IMG/VR virus record: IMGVR_UViG_3300042295_000443
Coordinates: 25,162 to 89,161 of that record
From: a virus
Reading direction: 5' to 3' (one strand)
DNA length: 64,000 nt
In this document: positions 1-10,451 of the stretch, piece after piece
Layout: every line of letters begins with the position of its first letter
How positions within the stretch are numbered: the first letter of the stretch is position 1
Position numbers and translations under genes: made by a program
Notes under the pieces: model-generated
What the model was told of the DNA's origin: nothing
Seen by the model: only the letters and a program-made list of their open reading frames with translations
Database searches by the model: none

Positions 1-907
1 TACCTTGTGTTTTTTTATCAAGTTTAATTCCTCCTAAGTCACCTACTGAAAGTGTATTATATACATTATCAGTATATTTTTTTGCAGCATTCTGTTGCTT
101 TTCTTTTTTTGTTTCTTGTTCAGCTAGTTGTCTTGCAACAATTTCTTCTTGCATTCTATCTAACTTAGGTTTAAACTGATTAGCTTTTTGCTCCAGTCTT
201 CCCATATCTCCCCATTCTTCTATTTCTGTTTCAATCTCTTCAGCTGTTCCAAAATTAGTAGCCCAAAGATATTGTCTTGCAATTTCTGCTTGATCATGTT
301 CATCAGCTGGATCCAGTTGAATCATTTCTTCTACTTGAGCCAGTGTTCTGAAAAGACCTTTTAAATCTTGTCCTCCATCTGCAACATACTTTGCTGCAAT
401 TTGAAGTTCTTCTGGTAAAGCATTAAAAAATTCTTTTGGAGTATTCTCTCTAATTTTATTTTCTCTTTCTTGAAAATTTGCTTCAAATAATTCTCTAAAG
501 TCTTTAGTAGTATATTCTTCTAATGGTTTATCATCATCAAATCCAACTAAAGAACCTTCTTCAATCATTTTTTGTGCTAGGTCAGCAAGACCTGATTTAT
601 CTACTTTAGGTCTTCCTTTACCTCCAGCATCTTCAGCTTGACTGATTAATCCATCAAGTTCAGCTATTGCTTCTTTTACTTCTGCATCTTCTTCTTTCTT
701 TTCAGAAAAGGAAGATTTGTCAAGGAACGTAGTGTCTACACTCTCCTTAGAGAACATAGTCTTTGGTTTTTCTTCTTCTTTACCATCTGATGGAAGCATT
801 ACACTTTCAGCACCTGGTATTCCAAATAATTCATCAATGTTTACATCTGCTTGTCCTACCGTTGTAGAATCCTGTATTTGAGTTTCCTCAATTTTGTCTT
901 TTTCCAT
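1..907 (-). CDS. Acidic scaffold-like/structural protein downstream of portal (3' end outside window)
   Basis: ATG at 907-905 (MEKDKIEETQ...), frame open to window edge; acidic/coiled-coil; position matches the crAss-like gene between portal and major capsid protein. Confidence 0.65.
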   Translation of the reverse strand, partial: MEKDKIEETQIQDSTTVGQADVNIDELFGIPGAESVMLPSDGKEEEKPKTMFSKESVDTTFLDKSSFSEKKEEDAEVKEAIAELDGLISQAEDAGGKGRPKVDKSGLADLAQKMIEEGSLVGFDDDKPLEEYTTKDFRELFEANFQERENKIRENTPKEFFNALPEELQIAAKYVADGGQDLKGLFRTLAQVEEMIQLDPADEHDQAEIARQYLWATNFGTAEEIETEIEEWGDMGRLEQKANQFKPKLDRMQEEIVARQLAEQETKKEKQQNAAKKYTDNVYNTLSVGDLGGIKLDKKTQG

Positions 908-934
908 TACTTTGGTTTTTGTTGGTTGTTAATG

Positions 935-945
935 TAATATACTAA
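935..945 (-). promoter_or_regulatory. Late promoter motif TT(A/T)GTATATT(A/TG) (representative copy)
   Basis: Also at 8621, 11445, 12897, 14413, 17248, 34383; related CAAAT(A/G)TA at 15633, 17972, 35093; always just upstream of minus-strand starts; resembles Bacteroidota -7 box TAnnTTTG. Confidence 0.7.
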
Positions 946-1002
946 TTAAATTTTAAAAATTTAAAATAAAAAAACTTTTTTTAGCAGTATATGGCTAAAG
1001 GT

Positions 1003-3747
1003 CTATTTCTTTTTCTTAGAATCTTTAGAATCAAATTTATTTTTGTTTTCTCTAGCAATTTCTAACTGAGTTTGAGCAATATCTCTTTGAACACCTAGCT
1101 TCTCTCTTTCAATATCTATTTTCTGATTACTTCTTACATTTTCATTAGATTGTTTTTCTCTTGCTAAAGACATTTGTTCTTGATATTGTTCACTTTGTCT
1201 TATCTCTTTCATAGATTCTGAAAAGTCTGATTCTTCATTTTTATTAATATCAGCCATAGCTCCATAACCTGCTGCTTTAATTTCAGCAATAAGAACTTGA
1301 TTTTGTCTATCTTTTTCAGAATTTGATTCTTCATACTCTCTTCTCAATCTTTCTTCTTCTGCTTTTGCTTGAATCTGTTGTTCTTGCATTTGCTGTGCAG
1401 ACTGTTGTTCTTGTTGTTTCTGTTCACTTTGTTTAGCTTCAGAAGCTTTAAGAACAGTATTAAGTTGAGCAATAGAATCTGCTTGTACTATTTGTCCTAA
1501 ATCAAATATTGAAGCTCCTGTAGTGTTGTTATTCATAGCCATTCCTTTTAGTTGATCTAGGATAGCTCTATGATTAGCAGTAGTTGTACAAAATATATTA
1601 AGATCTCTCATTAATAAATCAGTTCCTTTTATTTCAAAATTTACTTTTTCATCTGCTCCTGTAATATAAGTTAATCTTGCAGATGGCTTAGTAGAGTTAT
1701 AAAATTGTGCAACATCAGTTCTCATCTGGTGTACTCTTGGCATTAAGTAATCACAATGCTGTATAAAGAATATTTCTGTTTGTGCATAAGATGCTGAAGC
1801 AGCTTGTTCAACTCCAGTAGCAGTTATCTGAGATAGTTGTTGTCCCATTCTTTGTGGATTAAGACCTATTACTTCAAAGGCTTGTTGCTTAAAGTGATTA
1901 GCTAAACTTATTCTAGACATTAATCTTTCTGTCTGAGATAGATCTAGTTTCTGGAAATGTTGGAAGTTAAGTGCATTCTCTGTATTAGTAATACTAGTAT
2001 CAAGAGGAAGCATCTGAAAATTCTTCATTGCCATGTATGCTTTAGCATAATTACCTTTACCCCAATCTTCTCCTAAAGAGTGCTTAGGAAGAGTGTTCTG
2101 ATCTAACATGATAATAGTACCTAACTCATCTACTAATATGTCAGCAATCTGGTTGTTTACTATGTTGTACCCAATCTGGTATGGCTTCATTAAATCAAGT
2201 AAAGCTGTAGACTTAGTATTTCTATCTGAGAATACTGCACCTTCTACAGGAAGTTTACATCCATAAAGAGTATTATCACCTTTAAATTGAAACTTAAGAG
2301 GACCCATTACATTTTTATCAATACCTATATACATAGGAGCAAATCCTCCAGGATTACTTGTTCCCCAATAAGATGGCATATTAGGTCCTATCTTTATACC
2401 ACCCCATACTTCATTAATCCATATCCAATCAATATGATCTCCAAAGATTACATTATCTTTAGTTTTATTTTTAAATAATCTAGTATCATAAATAGGTTTG
2501 TCAATTACTACATAATCTTCAGTTATTATTTCATTTATTACTTCACCATTATCTGCAACTTTAGTAAGATGACCTACTTTTCTTTGAGACTTCCAATACA
2601 TTGTAGAACATCTTAATAAATTAAGAAAACCTTCTCTAGTAAAATCTTCACCTTCAGAAAGAATTTGTTGTACTATATCTCCTTGTGTACCATTCATTAC
2701 AGCAGAAGTATACTGCCTCATTCCAAGAGAAGGCATATTTGTATTCCATTCATGTGATTTAGTTGCATCATAAAATGAACCATCATTTTGCATACCACCA
2801 ATATTGTAACCAGCTGATCTAATTGGAAAAATAGCTTCTAATGATAGTAACTGTTCTTCTGTCATTAAGTATCCATACTTATCTATAACATCTGAAGGAG
2901 TTAATAAATCTGTTTTACCAACCCAATTAGCTTGAGAAATATACCTTGCATCTGGAGATTTATGATAAAAACAAACTACAGGATTCCAAAGTTCTACTTC
3001 ATAATCATCCTCCATCATTCTCATATGCCAAAATTCTCTATCTGTAATTAAGGAATCTCTAAAAGCTCTCTCTTCTAATTCATCCATAGAAAATCTTTCT
3101 ACATCTACCTTATGTTGGTGAGTTGCCCACTCTTCTATCATAGATCTATAATCTTTTTTAAAGAATTGTTCTATTTCAGGAAGTGTTCTTAATTTTTCTG
3201 GATTTAATTCTTCTTGAGCTTCAGGTGATTCTGGATCTAAACCTTGTTCTAATAAAGCAGCAGAAATTTTTACTTGTGCATTAGACATTAAAACTTCTTC
3301 AACTGCAGCTCTTTTTTCCTCCATCATTTCATTATAAGAGTATTCATCTACTGCACGGTATGTAAGTTTAGTAGATCTCTTAGCAAATTCAGCTACTAGA
3401 ACATTAATAACATTTGGAATAATTGGATAAAACTTTAATTCTAAAGCAGCAGAATCATCATTTCTTGTAAGATAATCTACAATGTCACTGTTTTCATTAT
3501 TTTCTTCAACAATATAATCAGATCTATCTATAATACCTTTTGCAAGTTTATAGTTCTTCATTAACCTTCTAGCATTTCTACGGATCTGTCTTATACCTTG
3601 CCATTCTATCCAGTCAAGATTCCAAGCAGACCATTCTTCATTTTTATCTTTTTTAGAAATAAATTGTAATGGTTGAGTTAAACTCCCCATTCTATTTGTT
3701 TCTGATTTAGCTCCAGCTTTAAGCTGCATTGCATTATATACTTGCAT
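1003..3747 (-). CDS. Portal protein (crAss-like)
   Basis: 914 aa next to TerL; FYPIIPNVINVL, LDLMKPYQIGYNIVNNQI segments and Q-rich coiled C-terminus typical of crAss-like portals. Confidence 0.85.
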   Translation of the reverse strand: MQVYNAMQLKAGAKSETNRMGSLTQPLQFISKKDKNEEWSAWNLDWIEWQGIRQIRRNARRLMKNYKLAKGIIDRSDYIVEENNENSDIVDYLTRNDDSAALELKFYPIIPNVINVLVAEFAKRSTKLTYRAVDEYSYNEMMEEKRAAVEEVLMSNAQVKISAALLEQGLDPESPEAQEELNPEKLRTLPEIEQFFKKDYRSMIEEWATHQHKVDVERFSMDELEERAFRDSLITDREFWHMRMMEDDYEVELWNPVVCFYHKSPDARYISQANWVGKTDLLTPSDVIDKYGYLMTEEQLLSLEAIFPIRSAGYNIGGMQNDGSFYDATKSHEWNTNMPSLGMRQYTSAVMNGTQGDIVQQILSEGEDFTREGFLNLLRCSTMYWKSQRKVGHLTKVADNGEVINEIITEDYVVIDKPIYDTRLFKNKTKDNVIFGDHIDWIWINEVWGGIKIGPNMPSYWGTSNPGGFAPMYIGIDKNVMGPLKFQFKGDNTLYGCKLPVEGAVFSDRNTKSTALLDLMKPYQIGYNIVNNQIADILVDELGTIIMLDQNTLPKHSLGEDWGKGNYAKAYMAMKNFQMLPLDTSITNTENALNFQHFQKLDLSQTERLMSRISLANHFKQQAFEVIGLNPQRMGQQLSQITATGVEQAASASYAQTEIFFIQHCDYLMPRVHQMRTDVAQFYNSTKPSARLTYITGADEKVNFEIKGTDLLMRDLNIFCTTTANHRAILDQLKGMAMNNNTTGASIFDLGQIVQADSIAQLNTVLKASEAKQSEQKQQEQQSAQQMQEQQIQAKAEEERLRREYEESNSEKDRQNQVLIAEIKAAGYGAMADINKNEESDFSESMKEIRQSEQYQEQMSLAREKQSNENVRSNQKIDIEREKLGVQRDIAQTQLEIARENKNKFDSKDSKKKK

Positions 3748-3752
3748 ATCTA

Positions 3753-5960
3753 TTATTTAAAGTTCTTAAAAGCTGATCTTTTAATATATTGTCCATTAAC
3801 TTTAGCTCTGTTTCCTCCCATATGACGGAAAGGACTGCTATTTAATTTAAACAAATTTTCTGACTTTTGCAAGTTTTTACTTGCATCATCCATAATAACT
3901 CTTTTAGTATAACCTATATTTGCTTGTTGTATTCTCATAAATGCAACCATTGCAGAAAATGCAACTAGTCTATCCACGTTTAAACCATCTGTATAGGCAT
4001 GCATTTCTTTAAGCAACATTATATCTGGGATCCTTTCTATACCATAAGTTGTTCTTACTATAGTTCCATCAGGTTTAGTTACAGTATCTAGTTCTTCTTT
4101 ACAGTATTCTATGACATAACTTAATAAGTGATGTTTAAATAGTACTCCTGTATTTCTCCAACCATACTCCTGGAAGACGTTAGCATTTGCACCTAAGTCT
4201 TTTAAGAACATTATTTGGTTTTTAGGAACTAAATATCTTTGTCTTTTTCTAGATATCATGTATAAGATAAATAAAGAAATATTATTCTCAATTACAGTTT
4301 GAGCATTATACCACTCTATGATCATTTCTAATCTTTCATGTGTTTGCTTGATATCATCAAATCTTCCACACCATGCTGCTACTATTTTATCTTGTTCTAT
4401 ATATGTTTCTGTTTCATCTACTGTAACTTTAGTTACTTCTACAGGAGCTTTCATTACATAGATAGAACATAATGAGTCTGAAGTAGTTGTCTTTCCTTCT
4501 GCTACAGGGTCAATAGATGCATAGTACTGGCCATAAACGGGATCTTTAACTGGTCTTTCCCATACTACTAAACATCCAGTTTTATCTTCTGTCTTTTTAG
4601 ATAGTGGAAATTCAGATATTGGTAACTTATTACTATCTTTTACTTTAATCTTTCCTGTATCATCTCTAGATATATCTAGATATTCATAAGCATATTCTTT
4701 ATCTTCTATTCTTCTTATTTGAGCAGTAACAAGATGTGATGGAAACTTAGATACTTTTCTATGTTTAAATGCTTCTGCTATATTTCTAGGGTGCTGAGAT
4801 ATTTCTAACTGGTAATCTTCAGGGTCCATAGATTTTTTTATCTTCTCAAAATAATCATCTAATGCTTGTAATGCTTCTTCTACAAGTGAATTACCATAAT
4901 CATCTATGTAAGGAGGCATTGACCATTGTTCAGGAATAAATAAACCTGACTTACCTAAAGTACCTTGCTCATCTAACAAATCTGTCTCTACAGAATAGAT
5001 ATCATTAGCTTCTGGATCTAGAATCATTTTCTTTAATGGCTCACATTGATCTAAATCACCTACTGATCCTGCTGCTATAAATAATCCTGTAGTAATCATA
5101 CCTGATTTAAGAGCTGGTTTAATGTATCCAAATGTTGTATTCATTTTAGGAGCAATACCTGCCTCTTCATGAAAGAAATATTTAACTGGTCCACCTACTC
5201 CATTTGTTGGATCTTTATCAAAAGACATTCCTTGTAAAGTTCCTTTTAATCCTACCTCAGCTTTTCTATCTCCTTTTCTTACTTCAATCTTTTGTTGCCA
5301 CATCATTACTTTATCTGGAGACATTGGTCTATACCAAGCAGTGTGTTCATTTAAGAATGCAGCATATTCATTTAGAAATTTCCATGTTCCTTTCTCATTA
5401 ATGTAATCTTTAAGACTAGCTCCCATCTTAAGTGTAACTCCAGCCTCAAACCATAACTGATTAATTAGTTTACCTGCATGAAAATAACTAGATGCAATCT
5501 GTCTTTTCTTTAATATAGCAGCATGTAAATAGAATAGTTCTGCAAGTACCTCATATAATGCCATATGATATTGTGCATCCCTTATTTGAGCAAAGTCAAA
5601 CTTCTGTTGTTCCTTATCAAATATAGGTAAGAAGTTTAACCACATATAATAATCTCTGGTAAGATACCATGTTTTATTATCTGATTTAACTAATACTCCT
5701 AGTCTACATTTATTTTTCTGATCATCCCAGTAATTAACAAAGTCTCTAGATTTAAATGGTGCAGTACAGTATACTTTAGTTTCTCTAAACTTTCTAGACT
5801 CAGCAATAAATATTTCATTTGTTGCTTCATTAAACTCATATTTTCCAGGTTCTCTAAATATAGAAAATAAAAAGTCTCTCCATTCATCTCTTGATTCAAA
5901 AGATGTTGTTGTCCATGTACCATTATCCCATGTAGGAATATCTTTATATATGTCATCCAT
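3753..5960 (-). CDS. terL: Terminase large subunit
   Basis: LKKRQIASSY Walker-A-like, FFHEEAG Walker B, ASIDPV RNase-H-like nuclease motif, C-terminal NVDRLVA. Confidence 0.92.
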   Translation of the reverse strand: MDDIYKDIPTWDNGTWTTTSFESRDEWRDFLFSIFREPGKYEFNEATNEIFIAESRKFRETKVYCTAPFKSRDFVNYWDDQKNKCRLGVLVKSDNKTWYLTRDYYMWLNFLPIFDKEQQKFDFAQIRDAQYHMALYEVLAELFYLHAAILKKRQIASSYFHAGKLINQLWFEAGVTLKMGASLKDYINEKGTWKFLNEYAAFLNEHTAWYRPMSPDKVMMWQQKIEVRKGDRKAEVGLKGTLQGMSFDKDPTNGVGGPVKYFFHEEAGIAPKMNTTFGYIKPALKSGMITTGLFIAAGSVGDLDQCEPLKKMILDPEANDIYSVETDLLDEQGTLGKSGLFIPEQWSMPPYIDDYGNSLVEEALQALDDYFEKIKKSMDPEDYQLEISQHPRNIAEAFKHRKVSKFPSHLVTAQIRRIEDKEYAYEYLDISRDDTGKIKVKDSNKLPISEFPLSKKTEDKTGCLVVWERPVKDPVYGQYYASIDPVAEGKTTTSDSLCSIYVMKAPVEVTKVTVDETETYIEQDKIVAAWCGRFDDIKQTHERLEMIIEWYNAQTVIENNISLFILYMISRKRQRYLVPKNQIMFLKDLGANANVFQEYGWRNTGVLFKHHLLSYVIEYCKEELDTVTKPDGTIVRTTYGIERIPDIMLLKEMHAYTDGLNVDRLVAFSAMVAFMRIQQANIGYTKRVIMDDASKNLQKSENLFKLNSSPFRHMGGNRAKVNGQYIKRSAFKNFK

Positions 5961-5962
5961 AA

Positions 5963-6478
5963 TTAACTGTCATAGGCAAGACCTTGACCTCCTCTAACTT
6001 TACTAGATTGTTCTTCTTGTAAATCTTTATATACTCCTTTAAATGAAGCTCTAATCTGATCAAAGTTTTTTGCTGCAGCAACTATAGAATTTATATTACC
6101 ATCTCTTCCATCTGTAATAGGTGTATTCTCCATATATCTACCTAATCTATCTAACATAGATGCAATACCTTTGTATGCTCTAGATGTTGGTGTTTCATAC
6201 ATTCTCTGGCAAAACTGTAAAGCAGTATGGATATCATCATCCTCTAATGAAAAATCTCCATTTATTTCTTTCATAATTAAATACTCTTTGTCTATATCAG
6301 GTGCATAGAAAAAAGGATTCATATCTGGATTAGGACATGTCATGTAAAACAAATACAAGTAAATCTTAAGATGTTCTTCTGGATAGTTATCCATTATATC
6401 TTTTAAAGCTTTTAGTGTATAGCAATGTTCTGTTGGTACAACAATACCATTTTGTACATCAAATAGTCTTACTAACAT
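5963..6478 (-). CDS. Conserved crAss-like protein, candidate terminase small subunit
   Basis: 171 aa helical protein directly upstream of terL, ends KVRGGQGLAYDS; role inferred from position. Confidence 0.45.
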   Translation of the reverse strand: MLVRLFDVQNGIVVPTEHCYTLKALKDIMDNYPEEHLKIYLYLFYMTCPNPDMNPFFYAPDIDKEYLIMKEINGDFSLEDDDIHTALQFCQRMYETPTSRAYKGIASMLDRLGRYMENTPITDGRDGNINSIVAAAKNFDQIRASFKGVYKDLQEEQSSKVRGGQGLAYDS

Positions 6479-6479
6479 A

Positions 6480-7310
6480 TTATTTCTTTTTAATTGGGTT
6501 ATCTTTTATATAATTTATAATAGCAAGAACTTCATCATAAAGATAAGGTACTGCCATTAATGTAATATCATTTACTATAGGATCTCCATTATCTAAATAT
6601 TTAGTTATTGGATATCCAAACTCATCTTTACCTTCTTCTTCAAATGATATATGTTGTATAAACATTTTACCTGGAATAAGTTTAGGATTATGCTTTAATA
6701 TAATGTACATATAAATACTTAATTGTAGAGCATAATGATTAAAATTACAGTCATCTAATGAAGATATAGGAAAACTCATTTTATCTGATATACCTTCCCA
6801 ATTTTTAAATGATTCTTTTTTAATTTCTTTATTAGTTTTATAGTCTATAATGTTTACTTTATTATTTACTACTTCTACAAAATCTGATTGTCCACATATA
6901 CCTGCAGACTTGAGAAATACCATATGTTCAGGATATATACCTGAATCTAATTTTTGTGAAGGTGCTAATCTAATACCATTACTTTCTCCAGATGGAGGAA
7001 ATATAGGAACTACTATTCCTTCTCTTTCCATAGATGCTAATCCACATATGTCAGATTCTCTTTGATTATGATAAAAGGTACCTAATGTCATAGCTCTATC
7101 TGATTCAGCATTCCATATAGCTTCAATAGCAATAGGTTCAATTCCAAACCATTTAGATCTTTTACTTTTAGATACTTTAGCAGCTACTGCTTTAGAATCA
7201 AAAGGTTTTTTAAAATGAGATACTAGTGTAGTTACACTTATCCAATTAATTTTATCAGAATTATCTATACTTTTATAAGTATGATCTGATGCTTGAAATA
7301 CTATACTCAT
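6480..7310 (-). CDS. PD-(D/E)xK exonuclease
   Basis: SVTT, GTFYH, GQSD...IIDYKT, HYALQLSIY motifs. Confidence 0.85.
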   Translation of the reverse strand: MSIVFQASDHTYKSIDNSDKINWISVTTLVSHFKKPFDSKAVAAKVSKSKRSKWFGIEPIAIEAIWNAESDRAMTLGTFYHNQRESDICGLASMEREGIVVPIFPPSGESNGIRLAPSQKLDSGIYPEHMVFLKSAGICGQSDFVEVVNNKVNIIDYKTNKEIKKESFKNWEGISDKMSFPISSLDDCNFNHYALQLSIYMYIILKHNPKLIPGKMFIQHISFEEEGKDEFGYPITKYLDNGDPIVNDITLMAVPYLYDEVLAIINYIKDNPIKKK

Positions 7311-7609
7311 AATTCATCTAGTTTATCTTCTTCTTCTTCTGTAAGAATAGCTTTCCATTTGGGACCATTAGGATGAGGACATTCTGATGATAAAGCTCTA
7401 GTCTTAAATGCTAATGAACAACCACATTCATTACAACAAGGAGCAGTACCTCTTACTGCACATTTTTTTCCTTTTAATTCACAACTGTCACATACTTCAT
7501 GTCTAAGTTTTGCTACATCTTCTACAAATTCATCTCTAAGTACTGCATTCTTAATACCTTCCATGATTTGAGATTTATTCTTCCAGATTGTCTTTAGTAT
7601 ATTTGTCAT
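7307..7609 (-). CDS. Cys-rich zinc-binding protein
   Basis: CxxC, CCxxCGC, ECPHP...KW. Confidence 0.6.
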   Translation of the reverse strand: MTNILKTIWKNKSQIMEGIKNAVLRDEFVEDVAKLRHEVCDSCELKGKKCAVRGTAPCCNECGCSLAFKTRALSSECPHPNGPKWKAILTEEEEDKLDEL

Positions 7610-7964
7610 ATTTAGTTTGTTTAAATATTTCTTTTTTGTGTTCTATTTCAGTAAGTTTAATTTCTAAATTTATTAATGCATTTAATTTTGTTTCTGTATT
7701 CTTTTTATTAAAGTATTCAGCAAAAGTTTCAGTACTTTGTACTTCTAAAAATTTTTGATATTTAGGAATAGCTTTTCTAATTATAAAAGTTTTTGCTACA
7801 AAATGTCCTAAACCATCTACATTAATTCTAGGATGTAAAAGATCAGTTAGATTTTTTCTTATTTCTTTATAATAAAACTCAATAAAATCTTGAACTAAAT
7901 CTTCTGTTAAATTTAATTCTTCTGAAACTTCTTTATATAACTTGTTTGATTTTTTGGGATTCAT
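7575..7964 (-). CDS. IHF/HU-like DNA-binding protein
   Basis: Helical N-terminus then RINVDGLGHF, resembling the HU/IHF beta arm. Confidence 0.55.
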   Translation of the reverse strand: MNPKKSNKLYKEVSEELNLTEDLVQDFIEFYYKEIRKNLTDLLHPRINVDGLGHFVAKTFIIRKAIPKYQKFLEVQSTETFAEYFNKKNTETKLNALINLEIKLTEIEHKKEIFKQTKYDKYTKDNLEE

Positions 7965-8320
7965 TTTCCTAAAAATTTATAGTCAAGTAATATATCTCCT
8001 TTTGTTTGTATTTTCATATCAGGATTAATTAATATGAGTTTTTTATTATTAGAATCTTTTATAATTAAGTTATGTTTCTCACATTTATTTATAGAATTTC
8101 TTACAGTCTGAGAAGACTTAAATATATTATGTTCTTCTGAAGCATCATAACAAAAGTGTGTTAATTCTATTGGTTCTATTAAACTTAATAAAGTCAAACA
8201 CTCTATGTCAGAATTACTCACTGTTATTCTATTAAGATAACAGTGAGTTAGTATCTGAAATTTAATAATATCTTGAATAGACATTACAACACGTTTTTGT
8301 ACTTGGTTTACTAAAGCCAT
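7961..8320 (-). CDS. Hypothetical protein, possible winged helix
   Basis: ORF in tight operon; SSQTVRNSINKCEKHNLIIK wHTH-like end. Confidence 0.45.
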   Translation of the reverse strand: MALVNQVQKRVVMSIQDIIKFQILTHCYLNRITVSNSDIECLTLLSLIEPIELTHFCYDASEEHNIFKSSQTVRNSINKCEKHNLIIKDSNNKKLILINPDMKIQTKGDILLDYKFLGK

Positions 8321-8322
8321 TA

Positions 8323-8598
8323 TTACTCATTTTTAGATTTATCTTGATCAGACTTAGTTTCCTTGTCTATATCAAAATCAGCACCTGCGGGTTGTTCTTT
8401 CTGAGATTGTAACATCATAGCATACTGCATTTGAATACTACTTCTTTTAAATCTAGCTTCATCTATTTGTAGTAACAAAGTTTCATATTTAACTTGTGCC
8501 TCTAAATAAGGTAATGATTCTACATAAAAAGAAAGCATTTGTTCTTTTCTTTCAGCTAATTCTTCTTGAGTCAGCTCTTGTTCTTGTTGGTTTTCCAT
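8323..8598 (-). CDS. Hypothetical coiled-coil protein
   Basis: ORF with TATATTTG promoter motif upstream (8621-8628). Confidence 0.6.
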   Translation of the reverse strand: MENQQEQELTQEELAERKEQMLSFYVESLPYLEAQVKYETLLLQIDEARFKRSSIQMQYAMMLQSQKEQPAGADFDIDKETKSDQDKSKNE

Positions 8599-8660
8599 GA
8601 TTATATATTTAAAGTTTAAACAAATATACTAAATATGTTTAAATAAAAAATATTTAAATA

Positions 8661-8693
8661 AAAAAATCCAGATAATTTAAGTTACCTGGATTT
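8661..8693 (-). terminator. Intrinsic terminator
   Basis: AAATCCAG...CTGGATTT stem preceded by A-run (U-tract on minus strand). Confidence 0.6.
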
Positions 8694-8720
8694 CTATGCT
8701 TAGAGAGATATAATTAAAAA

Positions 8721-9137
8721 TTATCCTTTAGTTCTTGGCTTTACCATTTTTTTTACATTTCTTATTACTGTTTTTGCATTAGCAATCTTAGCTGCAATCT
8801 TAGGATTATTTTTTAAAAATTTACCATTTCCTATTGGTCCACCCATTTGTTTTTTAACTGAACCTCCAGTTTGTTCTTTTTTTAACATTTTTTTAAGACC
8901 AAGTCCTGCACCAATAGCAGCACCAGCACCTAAAATAGCACCTAATGCACGGCCACCACCACCACCTCCTCCAGAAGATGTTCTATATCTAGTTACTTTT
9001 CCACATCCACTTTTCTTTCTTCTCCTTCTTTTTTTACCAGAAGCATCCATATATTCTTCCATACAAGAATCATCCGTTGATCCTCCTACTTCATAACTTC
9101 TCATAGATCTAATGATCTGATTTTTGTCATCTATCAT
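8721..9137 (-). CDS. Basic Gly-rich protein with hydrophobic segment
   Basis: KKRRRRKK, poly-G, hydrophobic helix, repeated xxGG motifs. Confidence 0.55.
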   Translation of the reverse strand: MIDDKNQIIRSMRSYEVGGSTDDSCMEEYMDASGKKRRRRKKSGCGKVTRYRTSSGGGGGGGRALGAILGAGAAIGAGLGLKKMLKKEQTGGSVKKQMGGPIGNGKFLKNNPKIAAKIANAKTVIRNVKKMVKPRTKG

Positions 9138-9139
9138 GA

Positions 9140-9337
9140 TTACCTGTTTTTAATTGTTAAATTTAATATTGTTAGCATATAAAAGTCTCTAGAGATATCT
9201 ACTTCTAATGTAAAGAAGTCTATAATACCTACTCTAAGTCTTATAGCAAATTTATCCCATTGTTTTCTTGATGTGTTCCAGTTGTTTCTAAATTTCATAA
9301 TTATAAGTTTTTTAACATTTGTATTACTCTTGGACAA
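9140..9337 (-). CDS. Hypothetical protein (start probably the internal Met near 9298)
   Basis: Fills the gap between amidase and next gene. Confidence 0.5.
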   Translation of the reverse strand: MSKSNTNVKKLIIMKFRNNWNTSRKQWDKFAIRLRVGIIDFFTLEVDISRDFYMLTILNLTIKNR

Positions 9338-9948
9338 GGATACATATCTGACTTGTCTTTTCTTACAGAGTTGTGTGTAAAGATACCTTTATTTCCTTTT
9401 AGTGCATCTATATCTATATCCCATATAGATTCATTATAGTTTTTAGGTATATCATAAGTTTCACAAAGATATTCTACTAGTTGTCTTAATGATTCTATCT
9501 GAGCATCTGTATAGGTAAACCAATGCTTATGTCCTTTATAAGGCTTTTCTAAGGTTGTCACATTAGAAGCATTAACTTCTCCTCCTACATAATTGTAGTA
9601 CTTTCCATTTTTAAAAGACAGTGGTCCCCAGTTACATACTTCAATACCTATACTTATAGGATCTAAAGATATATATGGAACCTTACTAGCTTTAAAAATA
9701 CTTTCTTTTAATCCTAAATGATATGCCCAGTCTTTAGAACTAAAACATTGTACTATTGTACCATTTGCTCCTATAATAAAAGCTGTAGCAACTCTCTCAG
9801 GTTTAGTATCAAAATATTTAGCTACAGATACTGCATCAGGTCCACCCGCTGTGTGATGTAAGTATATCTGCTTCTTTTCATGTTTAACTTCCATGAACTG
9901 ACTAGGCTTTAACCTGTGTTGAACTATTTTAGTTATGTCCAATTTCAT
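9301..9948 (-). CDS. Endolysin, N-acetylmuramoyl-L-alanine amidase (Amidase_2)
   Basis: IYLHHTAG, AYHLG, SIGIEV, FTHNSV..DKSD zinc-amidase motifs. Confidence 0.9.
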   Translation of the reverse strand: MKLDITKIVQHRLKPSQFMEVKHEKKQIYLHHTAGGPDAVSVAKYFDTKPERVATAFIIGANGTIVQCFSSKDWAYHLGLKESIFKASKVPYISLDPISIGIEVCNWGPLSFKNGKYYNYVGGEVNASNVTTLEKPYKGHKHWFTYTDAQIESLRQLVEYLCETYDIPKNYNESIWDIDIDALKGNKGIFTHNSVRKDKSDMYPCPRVIQMLKNL

Positions 9949-10451
9949 AATACATCATCTTTGGTTTCTTTGTATGCACTTGTAACGGTTTTAACAGTCT
10001 TTCTTATTTTATTAAAACTATTTGAAACACTTGTAAGTATGTTATTTTTTGATATATCAAACCAATTTTCATTTATTGAAGATACTTCCATAAGACAAAG
10101 TATTGCTAATAAAACATTAGTACATATTGCAGGTGTTATAACTAAAGCCTGTAAATTAAAAACCTTTAACATTGCTGATATAAATGGTGTTAATGCATAA
10201 TAATCAATTGGAAATATAACAAGTACCATTATAAAATAACCAGCAGTTTTATATAAATAACCAAGTCTTAATATTTTAGATTTAAAAACATCTTTATATT
10301 TTCTTTTTGTTTCCTCAGCTATCTTTTTAAGTGATATTAATTTAACAATAGTATCTATTAAAATTACAAACATTAAAATTAATACAAGCATTTGTATAGG
10401 AGCAAAGAAAGAAATCATAGCACTAAAAAAGAAAATTATATTTGTTTTCAT
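9945..10451 (-). CDS. Holin
   Basis: Several TM segments, EVSSINEN motif, basic C-terminus, overlaps endolysin start. Confidence 0.75.
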   Translation of the reverse strand: MKTNIIFFFSAMISFFAPIQMLVLILMFVILIDTIVKLISLKKIAEETKRKYKDVFKSKILRLGYLYKTAGYFIMVLVIFPIDYYALTPFISAMLKVFNLQALVITPAICTNVLLAILCLMEVSSINENWFDISKNNILTSVSNSFNKIRKTVKTVTSAYKETKDDVL